Positions 29,473-39,178 of a stretch of 64,000 nt of DNA are shown one piece after another. A model generated the notes under the pieces. It made no database searches and was not told the DNA's origin. It saw nothing but the letters and a program-made list of their open reading frames with translations. The stretch lies in contig JBFIHX010000005.1 in assembly GCA_041601615.1 (NCBI GenBank), positions 96,001 through 160,000 of the forward strand. The letters are read 5' to 3'. The translations under genes and the position numbers were made by a program. Source of the DNA: Thermoplasmatota archaeon (GTDB lineage Archaea > Thermoplasmatota > E2 > JACPAO01 > JAHFTW01). Every line of letters starts with the position of its first letter. Position 1 is the first letter of the stretch.

Positions 29473-30714
29473 CTATTCTTCGGAGTCCGGGGGTGCGCTG
29501 CCTACGGTTCGGATGCCGCCTTCGTTGGCATCAAACTCCCAACTGGTGGCTTCATGGCCGGGCAAGGCACGTTCCACGCCTCGGTAGACTTTGCCCGCGG
29601 CGTCCTCCAAGCGGTGCTCCGTTTCGAGCAGGCTCTCCACGATGCGGGCCAAGCGCCCAGCCGCGAGCCGCCCGCTGGGGCTGAGGCGGCGGTCGTCACG
29701 AATGTGCTGCAAGACGCGCCACGAACTTCTCAGGCCGTAGAATCCGATACCGACCCACATGCCGGCAACTAGGTAGCCGATGCGTTGGTCGGCAAGCACC
29801 GCCACGCCCGCTTGCCCTTCGATTCGAAAGTGGATGAAGGCATGGTTCAAGAGTGCAAAACTAGCGGACAGCAGGATGCAGAGCCACGGGCCGGGGTTGT
29901 TGCTGCGGAGAAGAAAATGGGTGCGTTGCAACGTCGTGTAGCTGACGTAGATCCAGGTTCCAACGAGCAGGAAGTACGCAAACAAACTTGGCAGGAGGCC
30001 GGTTTGGTCACGAAGTGCGCCCACGAGGTCGTTCGTGCCGCCAAGGGCCAAAATGCCGACCGTAAACAAGTGCAATTCTCGAAGAACGGGGCCTTCGCGG
30101 ATCGAATTGAAGGCGCGAACCAGCCACCAGCCACCAAGCACGGTGCTTCCGATGAGGCTGGCGTACCACACCGAGGGAGCGGGCAGGGCGTCTACGGGCC
30201 ACACCAAGGGTTGGCCAATGGCGAGGGCGAAGACGAGGATGAGGGGGACAAATTGCCAGGCCCGATGCCGAAACTCCAGGAGCCGATGCGTGTCGAAAAC
30301 CATCTCTTCCAGCACGAAAACGAGGTTGAAGCCGGCGATGGCTATGACGCCGAAGCTGCTGAGAAGCGTGATGACGGCAAAATCATCCATGTCGAAGGCC
30401 AGCGGCGTCCAAGCGGTGGCGGCATACAGGAACACCACGATGGCAAAACTGACAACGAATGCCCGACGCGGCGGGCCAAGCCACAAAGCGCCCGCAGCGA
30501 CCAAGAAAAACAGGCTCAACAGGGGCCCGATGCGTGCCACGAGCGGCCACGTGGAGGGCCAGAGGATCGGCAGCACCGTGGTGAGCAAAAGCACGCCGAG
30601 GGTGACAAGCACCCAGCCACGAAGGGGACTGCGGTGGAAATCGTCGCCCTCCTCCCGGCGGGTACGCAGCAATGGCGCTCGCTGTCTCGATTCGGGTGGA
30701 CCCGACCCTTCCAC
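29473..30714 (-). CDS. multi-pass membrane protein, unknown function
   Basis: About 10-11 hydrophobic segments. Confidence 0.75.
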   Translation of the reverse strand: MEGSGPPESRQRAPLLRTRREEGDDFHRSPLRGWVLVTLGVLLLTTVLPILWPSTWPLVARIGPLLSLFFLVAAGALWLGPPRRAFVVSFAIVVFLYAATAWTPLAFDMDDFAVITLLSSFGVIAIAGFNLVFVLEEMVFDTHRLLEFRHRAWQFVPLILVFALAIGQPLVWPVDALPAPSVWYASLIGSTVLGGWWLVRAFNSIREGPVLRELHLFTVGILALGGTNDLVGALRDQTGLLPSLFAYFLLVGTWIYVSYTTLQRTHFLLRSNNPGPWLCILLSASFALLNHAFIHFRIEGQAGVAVLADQRIGYLVAGMWVGIGFYGLRSSWRVLQHIRDDRRLSPSGRLAAGRLARIVESLLETEHRLEDAAGKVYRGVERALPGHEATSWEFDANEGGIRTVGSAPPDSEE

Positions 30715-30873
30715 GAAGCGCCGATGACGCCGGCGGTTCTTGACTGGAGTGGGTGGTGCGTTAGGGAATATTCAGGGCTCGGTGATGGCCCATTCAAGTC
30801 TACGAGTCCTGCCTCGGCGCCGCGAGTTGTTTTGTAAAACTAGAGAGAAAGGGGGACGAAGAACATAGCCAAT

Positions 30874-31584
30874 TTACCATATGTTCGGAGGCGGAGATCC
30901 CTTTCCGTGTTCATCGTACCATGGGCACCACGACTGTTCAGGGCGTTCCACCGGTCGGCAAATGTAGCGGCAGCTGGGGTACCCCCCTCCAACGAAATGG
31001 TCTCCTTCATCATAGAACCATAGCTCGCATTGGTGTGCCTCCCATGGAAGTGGCCCTGATTCGTAGATCTTATGGTACGTAAGCACAAACACAATAGAGG
31101 TTCCACCGTGGTAGGGGTGGCTCGTCAGATTTGGGTCTCCGCCCAGGAGGTCACCGATTTTGAAGCTGGTCTCGTGCACGACTCTTGCGTTTTTCTCTCC
31201 ATGAAGAGTGTATGAACGAAGCCAATCTGCATCTGGGGCGACTTGGACTGTGCCGTTTCGAAGGCTTAGTCTGAAAATCCAGTTCTCGCCTTGGTAGGCG
31301 GGCCCTGGGTTTTTATCATCCCACCTGCCGATAACTTCTATCGAAAAATTCAGCACAGCCCCTTCCAAGGGTAGATTGGCGCTCGAATTTATGGGGCCAG
31401 TGAACCATCCAAGCGGAGGGGTTTCCCCGTTGCCTGCTGGGAGTGGTCCGACGACGGCTTCGGGGGCATGGAGCGTAAGTTCACTGCTCTGGGGTTCTCC
31501 GATGCTGGGGTCCGGCGTGCTACAACCGGCCACGAAGAGGGATGTAACTGCGAATGCAAGCAGTGAACGGTGCATGACTACCAA
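30874..31584 (-). CDS. putative lipoprotein (lower-GC island)
   Basis: Lipobox VAGC; overlaps the upstream gene's stop. Confidence 0.65.
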   Translation of the reverse strand: MVVMHRSLLAFAVTSLFVAGCSTPDPSIGEPQSSELTLHAPEAVVGPLPAGNGETPPLGWFTGPINSSANLPLEGAVLNFSIEVIGRWDDKNPGPAYQGENWIFRLSLRNGTVQVAPDADWLRSYTLHGEKNARVVHETSFKIGDLLGGDPNLTSHPYHGGTSIVFVLTYHKIYESGPLPWEAHQCELWFYDEGDHFVGGGYPSCRYICRPVERPEQSWCPWYDEHGKGSPPPNIW

Positions 31585-33662
31585 CCTGTTGTGGATATGG
31601 TGTTATGCTGGGCCACAGTTCGTAAATCGGCTGCCATACTTGAACCCCATTTAGTTTTCCAATCATCATGGAAATCATGAAGGGTAAGTTGAGTTGTCCG
31701 GATGGTTGCAGGATAGGTTGGGAGCATCGCGCGGATGATATGTGTGCTCGTTTCGTAATCGATGGCTTCTCCATCATTATGACCATCAACAAGATCCCAA
31801 AGAGTGGCAGTCACGAGTCCAATCACTGTGGCATCCCCCGTGTGCCAGGTGGCATAACCTGATCCGACGTAGTAGACTTGCCGCGATTCAATATCCCACC
31901 AACTACCGCCTGCCCAGTAGTATCTCGTTGAAGCGGCTGAGGTTGAGCTGCCTGGTTGGTATCTGGGGGTGCCGTACAATCCATGCACGGCCCAGAAATT
32001 GCCCCATCCTTCCTTCCATGCGCATCGTTCATTGCTCGAACCATGGAATGTGTGGCCGCTGGGGCAAATACCGTCCGTATAGGCGCCATAGATATCTCGC
32101 ATTAGGTGGTGGCCGAATTCATGTGCAACGGTGTTTGGATTTTTTGCCTTATTTGATCCCAAATGAATCTCCATTCGTGAGGATTCGTAATGTGCCGTTG
32201 ATTCATCGTGGTTGGTGCCGTCGTAGCCAAGAGTAGAAACACTGGCTTCAGCGGGAGATCGGAGCGTCACTGAGTTTTGAATGAAGTACCCGTTTCCATG
32301 GATTCTCGCGTTGGCAATCATTGCCCAGTAATAGGCCATGGCGCCGCCATCCCAGTCTTCTTGATCGAGTTGTTCGTATCCATAATTCCCAGTTGGGGAT
32401 TTTCCGTCCACGATGATTGTGCCAATTCCGCAGAAGCTGTGCGGACAGTTGACCCGTTGAGCCTGCCCAGGATTGTAGTAGTACACATTGCCCATTTCGT
32501 CTGCGCTTGTGACGCGGCCTGTTGCGTGGAGGCCCACTTGAACGTAGGGGTCAATGGCGGATTCTTGGTCTTCAACATAAATGTACATTCCAAAATAGCC
32601 ATCGGAATCTGATGATGTACTACCAAAGTAGTCATGATTATATCTGCCATCGCTGTCGTAAATGTCGATGGAGCAGTGGGTGCACGGTCGCTCTTCAAGA
32701 GAATCTGGTTCACGAAGTTTGATAGTTCCACTGATGTATACGGGCCGCCCATTGTTGCTACTCTGGTCCTCATAGCCGGTTTGGGGGTCTTTGAAATTGA
32801 TATTCGACTGAGTGTTTGCCGTTTGTCGTTCGGTCCCGGGTTCAGGGGAGGTGCCATTGGCCTCCGAAGGAATTCGGGATGGTCGGATGTCTTCGGGCAA
32901 GAATGCGGTGAGGGCGTCGCCAAGTTCGATTGTTTCGTGCACGGCTGGCGGGAGCGGTGGCGCGATCAACCCATTGGATGATTGGAAGATGGCAGGGAAA
33001 CCGTTGCCTATTGGAGGGTCTAGCATGGCGCTGAAGTTGCAGCAGCGTCCTAGCATGTTGTTGACGGCGACACCGTAGTTGCCCCAGGCGTAGAATCCGT
33101 CTGCGTCGCGGGGTATGTTGGATGCGTGTTCTTCTGCGGCCTCCAAGGCTTGGCCAATCAGGGTGGCAATACCGGCGCTTTGGACCAATTCTGGGCGGTC
33201 TGTCTCATTGAAGATTCGATAGAACTGTAAGTGGTAGTCGTTGTTGAGGCCGTACGCGTCCCCTCCGTCTACTTCAATGCTCAGTCGAATCTGTGCGACT
33301 GGCTCCTTAAGCGGTATGAATCGAATCGCCTCCCATAGGTTGCCCGTAGTGAGGTTGCGGCCCCGCAGGGCCTCTTCGCCATCAGCAAGCTGGGCACGAC
33401 CATCAGGGGACCAAACTTCGATGCTGGTTTTGTTTGCGCTCCAGGCGCTCTTGCCGGTGAGTTCTATGCTCCAGTCGCCTTCGGGGTCGCCAACGAGACG
33501 GAAGTCGGTGATGAGGGGCTCATCGTTGTGATCTGGGGTTGTCGGATTGGATTCTAGTGCCTCAAGCGGGAGTGGTGCTGCGAGGGCCGGCACGGCCAGC
33601 AGGAGGGCCATTGTTAGCGTCGCAATGTGCTTGGTGGTTGGGAGTTTGGCTTTCATGGTCAT
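31578..33662 (-). CDS. secreted zinc metalloprotease-like protein (lower-GC island)
   Basis: Signal peptide, HEFGH zinc motif and downstream AWKEGWGNF (gluzincin-like third ligand); GAGG SD. Confidence 0.75.
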   Translation of the reverse strand: MTMKAKLPTTKHIATLTMALLLAVPALAAPLPLEALESNPTTPDHNDEPLITDFRLVGDPEGDWSIELTGKSAWSANKTSIEVWSPDGRAQLADGEEALRGRNLTTGNLWEAIRFIPLKEPVAQIRLSIEVDGGDAYGLNNDYHLQFYRIFNETDRPELVQSAGIATLIGQALEAAEEHASNIPRDADGFYAWGNYGVAVNNMLGRCCNFSAMLDPPIGNGFPAIFQSSNGLIAPPLPPAVHETIELGDALTAFLPEDIRPSRIPSEANGTSPEPGTERQTANTQSNINFKDPQTGYEDQSSNNGRPVYISGTIKLREPDSLEERPCTHCSIDIYDSDGRYNHDYFGSTSSDSDGYFGMYIYVEDQESAIDPYVQVGLHATGRVTSADEMGNVYYYNPGQAQRVNCPHSFCGIGTIIVDGKSPTGNYGYEQLDQEDWDGGAMAYYWAMIANARIHGNGYFIQNSVTLRSPAEASVSTLGYDGTNHDESTAHYESSRMEIHLGSNKAKNPNTVAHEFGHHLMRDIYGAYTDGICPSGHTFHGSSNERCAWKEGWGNFWAVHGLYGTPRYQPGSSTSAASTRYYWAGGSWWDIESRQVYYVGSGYATWHTGDATVIGLVTATLWDLVDGHNDGEAIDYETSTHIIRAMLPTYPATIRTTQLTLHDFHDDWKTKWGSSMAADLRTVAQHNTISTTGW

Positions 33663-34118
33663 ATATACTACCTCATATCTTTTTTATCGCAAAAAATGCG
33701 AGTTCATTTATGGCTGGCGTTAAGGCGAGGTCTGACCCCAATGTGCCTGTCGAAACAAGATTCAGTAAGCATGCAAACCAAAACTTTGAGAGCGGACAAT
33801 CAATTCGCTACCGGAGCCAGCGCGAGATGCCACCATGAATTTATAAATGTAGTGTAGAGATAATCTGAAAATAAGGCGATATTTTCCAAATAAGTAATAT
33901 AAATGCGACGCATTTGGGACAATCATAGTTGCGGGTCTTTGGCGTTTCTGGGCTCAAGAATCGGCATAATGGAATTGCCTCCGTTGCAGCCTAGTCGGAA
34001 TTGGGACTAGGTTCGTCCGTTCTTGGTGCAGTTTTGCCGTCCAAATACAATCATGACTTGCCACGGCGGTCAGAGGGGTTGGGTGGAGCCTTGAAGTCCA
34101 AATTTGCCCTTTGCAAGC

Positions 34119-34979
34119 TTACGCCATTTTTGCGTAGTCGTAGAACCCCTTCCCCGATTTGCGTCCGTAGTGGCCTGCCTGGACCATCTTGCGAAGCAGC
34201 GGGGCGGCGCGGTATTTGGGGTCGCCGAAGCCGGCGTACAGGATGTCCATGATGGCCAGGAGCGTGTCCAGGCCTACGAAATCTGCGAGCGTGAGGGGGC
34301 CCATGGGGTGGTTCATGCCCTTTTTCATGATGGCGTCGATGTCTTCGGCGGTTCCGACGCCTTCTTGCAGCGTGAAGATCGCCTCGTTGATCATCGGGCA
34401 GAGGATGCGGTTGCTGACGAAGCCGGGGTAGTCGTTGCAGGCGTGGCAGTCCTTGCCCATCTTGGCGCCCACTTCGTAGACGGCGGCCACGGTCTCGTCG
34501 CTGGTTTCGTGGCCCTTGATGACTTCGATGAGCTTCATGAGCGGAACGGGATTCATGAAGTGCATGCCGATGAACTGGGCAGGTCTCTTGGTGGCACTTC
34601 CAAGGACGGTGATCGGGATGCTGCTGGTGTTGCTGGCGAAGATGGCTGTGGGCTTGATGAGGCCGTCGAGTTCGGTCCATAGCGCCTTTTTGATGGTCTC
34701 GTTTTCGATGATGGCTTCGATGACGAGGTCGCAGTCGGCGAGTGCTGCGTTCTTGGTGCTGATGGAGACGCGGGCGAGGGCTGCATCGGCGTCTGCTTGG
34801 GTCATTTTCTCCTTGCGCACGAACTTGCCGAGGCTGGATTCGATGCTGGCGCGGCCGGATTCGACGAACTCCTGTTTGAGGTCCACCATCACGACGTCGA
34901 AGCCTGCGACGGCGGCTACTTGTGCGATTCCGTTGCCCATTTGACCAGCGCCTACGACGCCGATGCGGGAGATTGCCAT
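34119..34979 (-). CDS. hbd: 3-hydroxybutyryl-CoA dehydrogenase
   Basis: [44 protein letters not shown]. Confidence 0.93.
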   Translation of the reverse strand: MAISRIGVVGAGQMGNGIAQVAAVAGFDVVMVDLKQEFVESGRASIESSLGKFVRKEKMTQADADAALARVSISTKNAALADCDLVIEAIIENETIKKALWTELDGLIKPTAIFASNTSSIPITVLGSATKRPAQFIGMHFMNPVPLMKLIEVIKGHETSDETVAAVYEVGAKMGKDCHACNDYPGFVSNRILCPMINEAIFTLQEGVGTAEDIDAIMKKGMNHPMGPLTLADFVGLDTLLAIMDILYAGFGDPKYRAAPLLRKMVQAGHYGRKSGKGFYDYAKMA

Positions 34980-35122
34980 GGGGCCCCGGACGGGGGTGGG
35001 CTTGAAAAGGGCTCGACGGGAAACGACGGCGTTGTTGGGTCGTGCGCTTGGGTCCATGTGCCCCAAGAGCCGTGCCGCCTGCCTCGCTGTGGTCAAATAG
35101 GACGGGGAGGGCAGTTGGTCTG

Positions 35123-36235
35123 ATGCAGCCTCCGCCCGCGCAAGCCGTCTTGGATGCGTTGCCGTCTGAAGTCGTGTTGTTGGACAGTAATGGTCGCATT
35201 CAGGCGGCCAATGATTCGTGGGCAACGTTTGCGTCCGGCAATGGACTTCCGGGTGTTTCCTGGGTCGGCATGGACTATCTGGGCGTGTGCAGGGGGCCCG
35301 ACGGCGGCGATGCTGCTGCCGCGGGGATTGAGGACGTTTTGGCGGGGCGGCGCGACCACTTCGAGTTGGAGTATCCCTGTCATGGGCCGGATGAGCGCCG
35401 GTGGTTCGAGATGCGGGTCCGTCGGTTGGAGGCTCCGAACGCGGCGTGGGTGGTTGTGAGTCACGAGAACATCACGGGGCGGTATCTTGCGGAGGAGGCG
35501 CGTCGTGCGCAGTGGGAGTCGGCACAGGCGCTCGCGGTCGAAGCTGATCGCTCAGCGTTCATGCGTTCGTTTCTGAATGAGGTGTCGCATGAAATGCGCA
35601 CTCCGCTTGCGACGTTGGCGTTGCGTGTTGCGCGGACGCCAGAGGATCAGCGGTCGTCGTTGCGAAGGCCCCTGGCGCGTGCGGAAGAAACGCTGACTCG
35701 GGTGGAGGGTGCGGTACGCGCGCTCTCTGCGGAGACCACCATGGGCTCCGTGCCGTTGCGGAATCTTGCGGGGGCCTTGGACAGCGCCAAGGCGAGTGCG
35801 ATGCGCCGGGATGTGAAACTGGTAGTGGAGTTGCCGGATCGAGGTGTTCGAACGGACGCGGTGGCGGCGGCGGAAGTGTTGTCTCTGCTCGCATCGCATC
35901 TTCTTGCGACGTGCCCTGCGGGGGGCCGCCTCGAATTGTTGGCCGATGAGCGCCCCGGCGCTGTACACCTGCACATGGTGGCGGATGTTGCATCTGGAGC
36001 CGCCTTGCCGGACCTTTGGTTGCTTGCCGCGCGGCACTTGGCGGCGCGGGCGGGATTGTCGTTGCGGCAGGAGGAGCGCGACGATACTCGACAGAGCTGG
36101 GTGCTTGCCCTTCAGGCGACGGCCCGCAAGGAATCGTCTGCGCGGCCCGAGCGTCCGCAGCGATTGGAACAACGTGCGCCGAGGCGCGCAGAGGAGGTCG
36201 GGTCGGAAGTTGCGGCTAGTGCCAAAGGGCCGTAG
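35123..36235 (+). CDS. PAS domain plus HisKA protein with degenerate ATPase domain
   Basis: PAS (LDALP...FELEYPCH...RWFEMRV), SHEMRTPL phospho-His motif; no recognisable N/G1/G2 boxes. Confidence 0.75.
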   Translation: MQPPPAQAVLDALPSEVVLLDSNGRIQAANDSWATFASGNGLPGVSWVGMDYLGVCRGPDGGDAAAAGIEDVLAGRRDHFELEYPCHGPDERRWFEMRVRRLEAPNAAWVVVSHENITGRYLAEEARRAQWESAQALAVEADRSAFMRSFLNEVSHEMRTPLATLALRVARTPEDQRSSLRRPLARAEETLTRVEGAVRALSAETTMGSVPLRNLAGALDSAKASAMRRDVKLVVELPDRGVRTDAVAAAEVLSLLASHLLATCPAGGRLELLADERPGAVHLHMVADVASGAALPDLWLLAARHLAARAGLSLRQEERDDTRQSWVLALQATARKESSARPERPQRLEQRAPRRAEEVGSEVAASAKGP

Positions 36236-36240
36236 TTCGT

Positions 36241-37428
36241 CTACGCCTGCGGGACCGTGACAGTCATGCTGACGGCGTTGCCGCCGCCGAGGCACAACGT
36301 CGCGAGGCCGCGTCCGCCGCCGCGTTGCTGGAGTGCGTAGATGAGGGTCGTGAGGACTCGGGCTCCACTGGCTCCAATCGGGTGGCCAAGGGCGACCGCG
36401 CCGCCGTGGACGTTGAATTTGTCGAGGGGGATGCCGAGTTCTTTGGTGACGGCGCAGGAGGCGCTTGCGAACGCTTCGTTGTGCTCGAAGAGGTCGATGT
36501 CGTCGACGGTGAGGCCGGTTTTGGCAAACAAGTTGCGCACCGATACGATGGGCGCTTCCATGACCCATTCGGGTTTGGTGCCGCTGGCGTCGTAGGCTTC
36601 GATTTCGGCGAGAATCGGGAGGTTGTGGGCTTCGGCGTAGGCCTTGGAGACGACGATGACGGCACTGGCGCCGTCCGAGAGTTGGCTGGCGTTGGCGGCG
36701 GTCACTTGGCCGTCGGTGCGGAAGACCGGCTTCATGCGGGCAATACCCTCGGCGGTGGTGTCGGCGCGGATGCCTTCGTCGCGAGCAACGACGGTGTCGT
36801 CTTTGCGGCCCTTGATGGTCACGGGGATGACTTCGGCATCGAATTCGCCGGATTCCCATGCGGCGGCTGCCTTCTTGTGGCTGGCCTCGGTGAGGTTGTC
36901 GCTGTCGGCGCGGGTGACTTCGTAGCGTTCGGCGACGATTTCGCCGGTTTCGCCCATGTGGAAGCCGTTGTAGTGGTCCCAGAGGCCGTCGTGGACCATG
37001 TGGTCGATGAGTTTGCCGTCGCCGAGGCGGAGGCCTTTGCGGCTGCCCATCAAGATGTGCGGCGCGTTGCTCATGGATTCCATGCCGCCGGCTACGACGA
37101 CGCTGCGGTCGCCGGCCTTGATGGCTTGGGCTGCGAGCATGATGGCTTTGAGGGCGGAGCCGCAGACTTTGTTGACGGTGAATGCGGGCACGGAGTCGGG
37201 AACGTCTGCTCCGAGGGCGGCGGCGCGGGCGGGGTTCTGGCCCAGTCCTGCTTGCAGCACGTTGCCCATGATGACCTCCTCGATGTCCGTGGCGGGCACG
37301 CCGGAGCGGGCGATTGCTTCGCGGATGGCGATGGAGCCAAGGTCGGTCGCCTTCAGTGGCGATAGTCCGCCAAGGTACTTGCCAATCGGGGTGCGGCAGG
37401 CGCCGACGATGACGGGTTGGTCGCTCAT
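36241..37428 (-). CDS. acetyl-CoA C-acetyltransferase (thiolase)
   Basis: NKVCGS, NEAFA, GAVALGHPIGASG, CLGGG. Confidence 0.95.
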   Translation of the reverse strand: MSDQPVIVGACRTPIGKYLGGLSPLKATDLGSIAIREAIARSGVPATDIEEVIMGNVLQAGLGQNPARAAALGADVPDSVPAFTVNKVCGSALKAIMLAAQAIKAGDRSVVVAGGMESMSNAPHILMGSRKGLRLGDGKLIDHMVHDGLWDHYNGFHMGETGEIVAERYEVTRADSDNLTEASHKKAAAAWESGEFDAEVIPVTIKGRKDDTVVARDEGIRADTTAEGIARMKPVFRTDGQVTAANASQLSDGASAVIVVSKAYAEAHNLPILAEIEAYDASGTKPEWVMEAPIVSVRNLFAKTGLTVDDIDLFEHNEAFASASCAVTKELGIPLDKFNVHGGAVALGHPIGASGARVLTTLIYALQQRGGGRGLATLCLGGGNAVSMTVTVPQA

Positions 37429-37450
37429 TGCATCGCCCATAGAGAGGTGG

Positions 37451-37969
37451 TCATAAAAGGGTGGGAAGGGGGCTGGAAGCGGCCCAATTGTATCGCATCC
37501 GCCCGTCCGAGCAATTCTGGGGGCCACGAAAGCCGCAGCGCAGGAGGACGCGGCGGGATGCGAGGTTGTCGGGATGGCAGAAAGCCTCCAGGGGGATGCC
37601 TTGGAACGCCTCGGCCCAATGGAGTTGCACGACTCCCAGCGCCTCGGTGGCGAGCCCTTGGTTTTGGTGGGTTGCGGCGATGCTGTAGCCAATCTCGAAC
37701 GCCTGTCCACCGTCTGCCGTGGTTGCGGGGCGGGTGCGCATGATGCCTACCACTGCGCCGGCCAGTTCGATGATCCAGCCCGGTGCTCCGGCTCGATTGT
37801 ATTCCGCAAGTTCCTGAAGATGTGCTTCGGTGTCCTGGATTGTGTACTCGGCGCGGGTGGCTTCGGGCACGGTGGAGACGTAGCGAAGAAACTCTGAGTC
37901 GCGGGCGAATTCGTAGACGGCGGCCGCATCGGCACTTTCTGGCGGGCGCAATCGGACGCGGGCACCCAC
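37451..37969 (-). CDS. RimJ/RimL family GNAT acetyltransferase
   Basis: EIGY...HQNQGLATEA...DNLASRRVL..CGF. Confidence 0.85.
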   Translation of the reverse strand: MGARVRLRPPESADAAAVYEFARDSEFLRYVSTVPEATRAEYTIQDTEAHLQELAEYNRAGAPGWIIELAGAVVGIMRTRPATTADGGQAFEIGYSIAATHQNQGLATEALGVVQLHWAEAFQGIPLEAFCHPDNLASRRVLLRCGFRGPQNCSDGRMRYNWAASSPLPTLL

Positions 37970-38104
37970 GAGGACTGGAGGCTGAATGGGTTGGCCAAGC
38001 GAGGCGGGCGCATGGAACCTGTGGTGCGGGCGCGCCGGGCTCCATTGGACTTTGTGGCGACAAGTGTGCGACCCTTTCTTGGTGTCGAAAGCCCATCAAC
38101 CATC

Positions 38105-38605
38105 ATGGCAGAATTGGTGCGCCCCGGTGTCCTTGGCCGACTGATTCGATTCGTCATGGCCGGCGCGGTGGGGTGGCTCGGGTTCGAGACGCTACGAAAC
38201 ACGCGCGGATTTTGGGATGGCATCGGGCCCGACCCGCAGTTCATTCCCATGGCTCTCGCGCTGGTCGGGTTCACGGGCTGGGTCGTGAGCGAACTCGTGG
38301 GCCGCGACTGGGGCAGCCGGCCGACACTCGTGATGCTTGCGCTCTGTGCCGTCGCTGCCGCCATTGGTGCCGCGCAAGGAAATGTCTGGGGCCCGCCGCT
38401 CGGAATCGCATTTTGGACCTGGGGAGTCTTGTTTTCGCTGCTGTTGGCGCCGGCGTTCCTGCTGGCGGCGCTGCTTGGAACACCTGGGTGCGAGATGCGA
38501 AGCTACGCCGATTTGTGGACGCGGATGCGGGGTGGTGATCCGGCGGCGGTGGCTTGTCCGGGGTGGATTGATCGTTTGGATGGGGTCCGGGTGTTTGGGA
38601 AGTGA
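38105..38605 (+). CDS. membrane protein, unknown function
   Basis: Four TM segments and GCEMR...ACPG motif. Confidence 0.65.
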   Translation: MAELVRPGVLGRLIRFVMAGAVGWLGFETLRNTRGFWDGIGPDPQFIPMALALVGFTGWVVSELVGRDWGSRPTLVMLALCAVAAAIGAAQGNVWGPPLGIAFWTWGVLFSLLLAPAFLLAALLGTPGCEMRSYADLWTRMRGGDPAAVACPGWIDRLDGVRVFGK

Positions 38606-38652
38606 CCCGTTGCGGCTGTTTCCATCCGACCTTGAAAAAGTTCGATTATTTT

Positions 38653-38680
38653 GGGCGGCGCTCGCTTCGCTCGGCCACCC
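38653..38680. repeat. 28-bp hairpin element, second copy at 48973-49000
   Basis: gggcggcgctcgcttcgctcggccaccc versus gggccccgctcgcgtcgctcggggaccc; compensatory GG/CC to CC/GG change in the stem. Confidence 0.7.
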
Positions 38681-38690
38681 GTGCAGGCGA

Positions 38691-39125
38691 TCAGGCCGCT
38701 TCCATGGGCTCGGCTACGGCCATCCCGTCCCGCAGAACGAGCTTGACCGTACCGGGCGCCGGCGCTTGGCTCATGGGCTTACCCACGAGGTTGATCGGAT
38801 TGCCGTCTTTGTCTCCGAAGATGAAGAAGTAGCCCACGTCGGATTCGTGGGGGGCGCGCAGGAGGCTCCAGCCGGCGGCTTCGAGGTGGGCGCAGAGGTC
38901 CTTGCCGTCGCCGCTGATGGTGAAGCCGATGGCGGTGTCGAGCATGGTGGTGGGGCGTTCGTCCCAGCGGTGCAGGACGAGTTGCAGGCCGTCGGCGTGG
39001 CGCAAAACGGTCATGTCGCCGGCTTCGCGCTCGACGTTGAATCCAAGGGCCTCGTAGAGGGGGACGTTGGCGCCGATGTCGCGCACGTAGCGGGCAAGGT
39101 TGCGCAGGCTGAGGCTCAGGGTCAT
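38691..39125 (-). CDS. VOC/glyoxalase family protein
   Basis: YVRD...YEALGF...DKDGNPINL. Confidence 0.85.
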   Translation of the reverse strand: MTLSLSLRNLARYVRDIGANVPLYEALGFNVEREAGDMTVLRHADGLQLVLHRWDERPTTMLDTAIGFTISGDGKDLCAHLEAAGWSLLRAPHESDVGYFFIFGDKDGNPINLVGKPMSQAPAPGTVKLVLRDGMAVAEPMEAA

Positions 39126-39178
39126 GGGTGCGGCGAGCCGAGGCGCATACTTTAGGCTTGGCTAACTTCGTTGATGGG

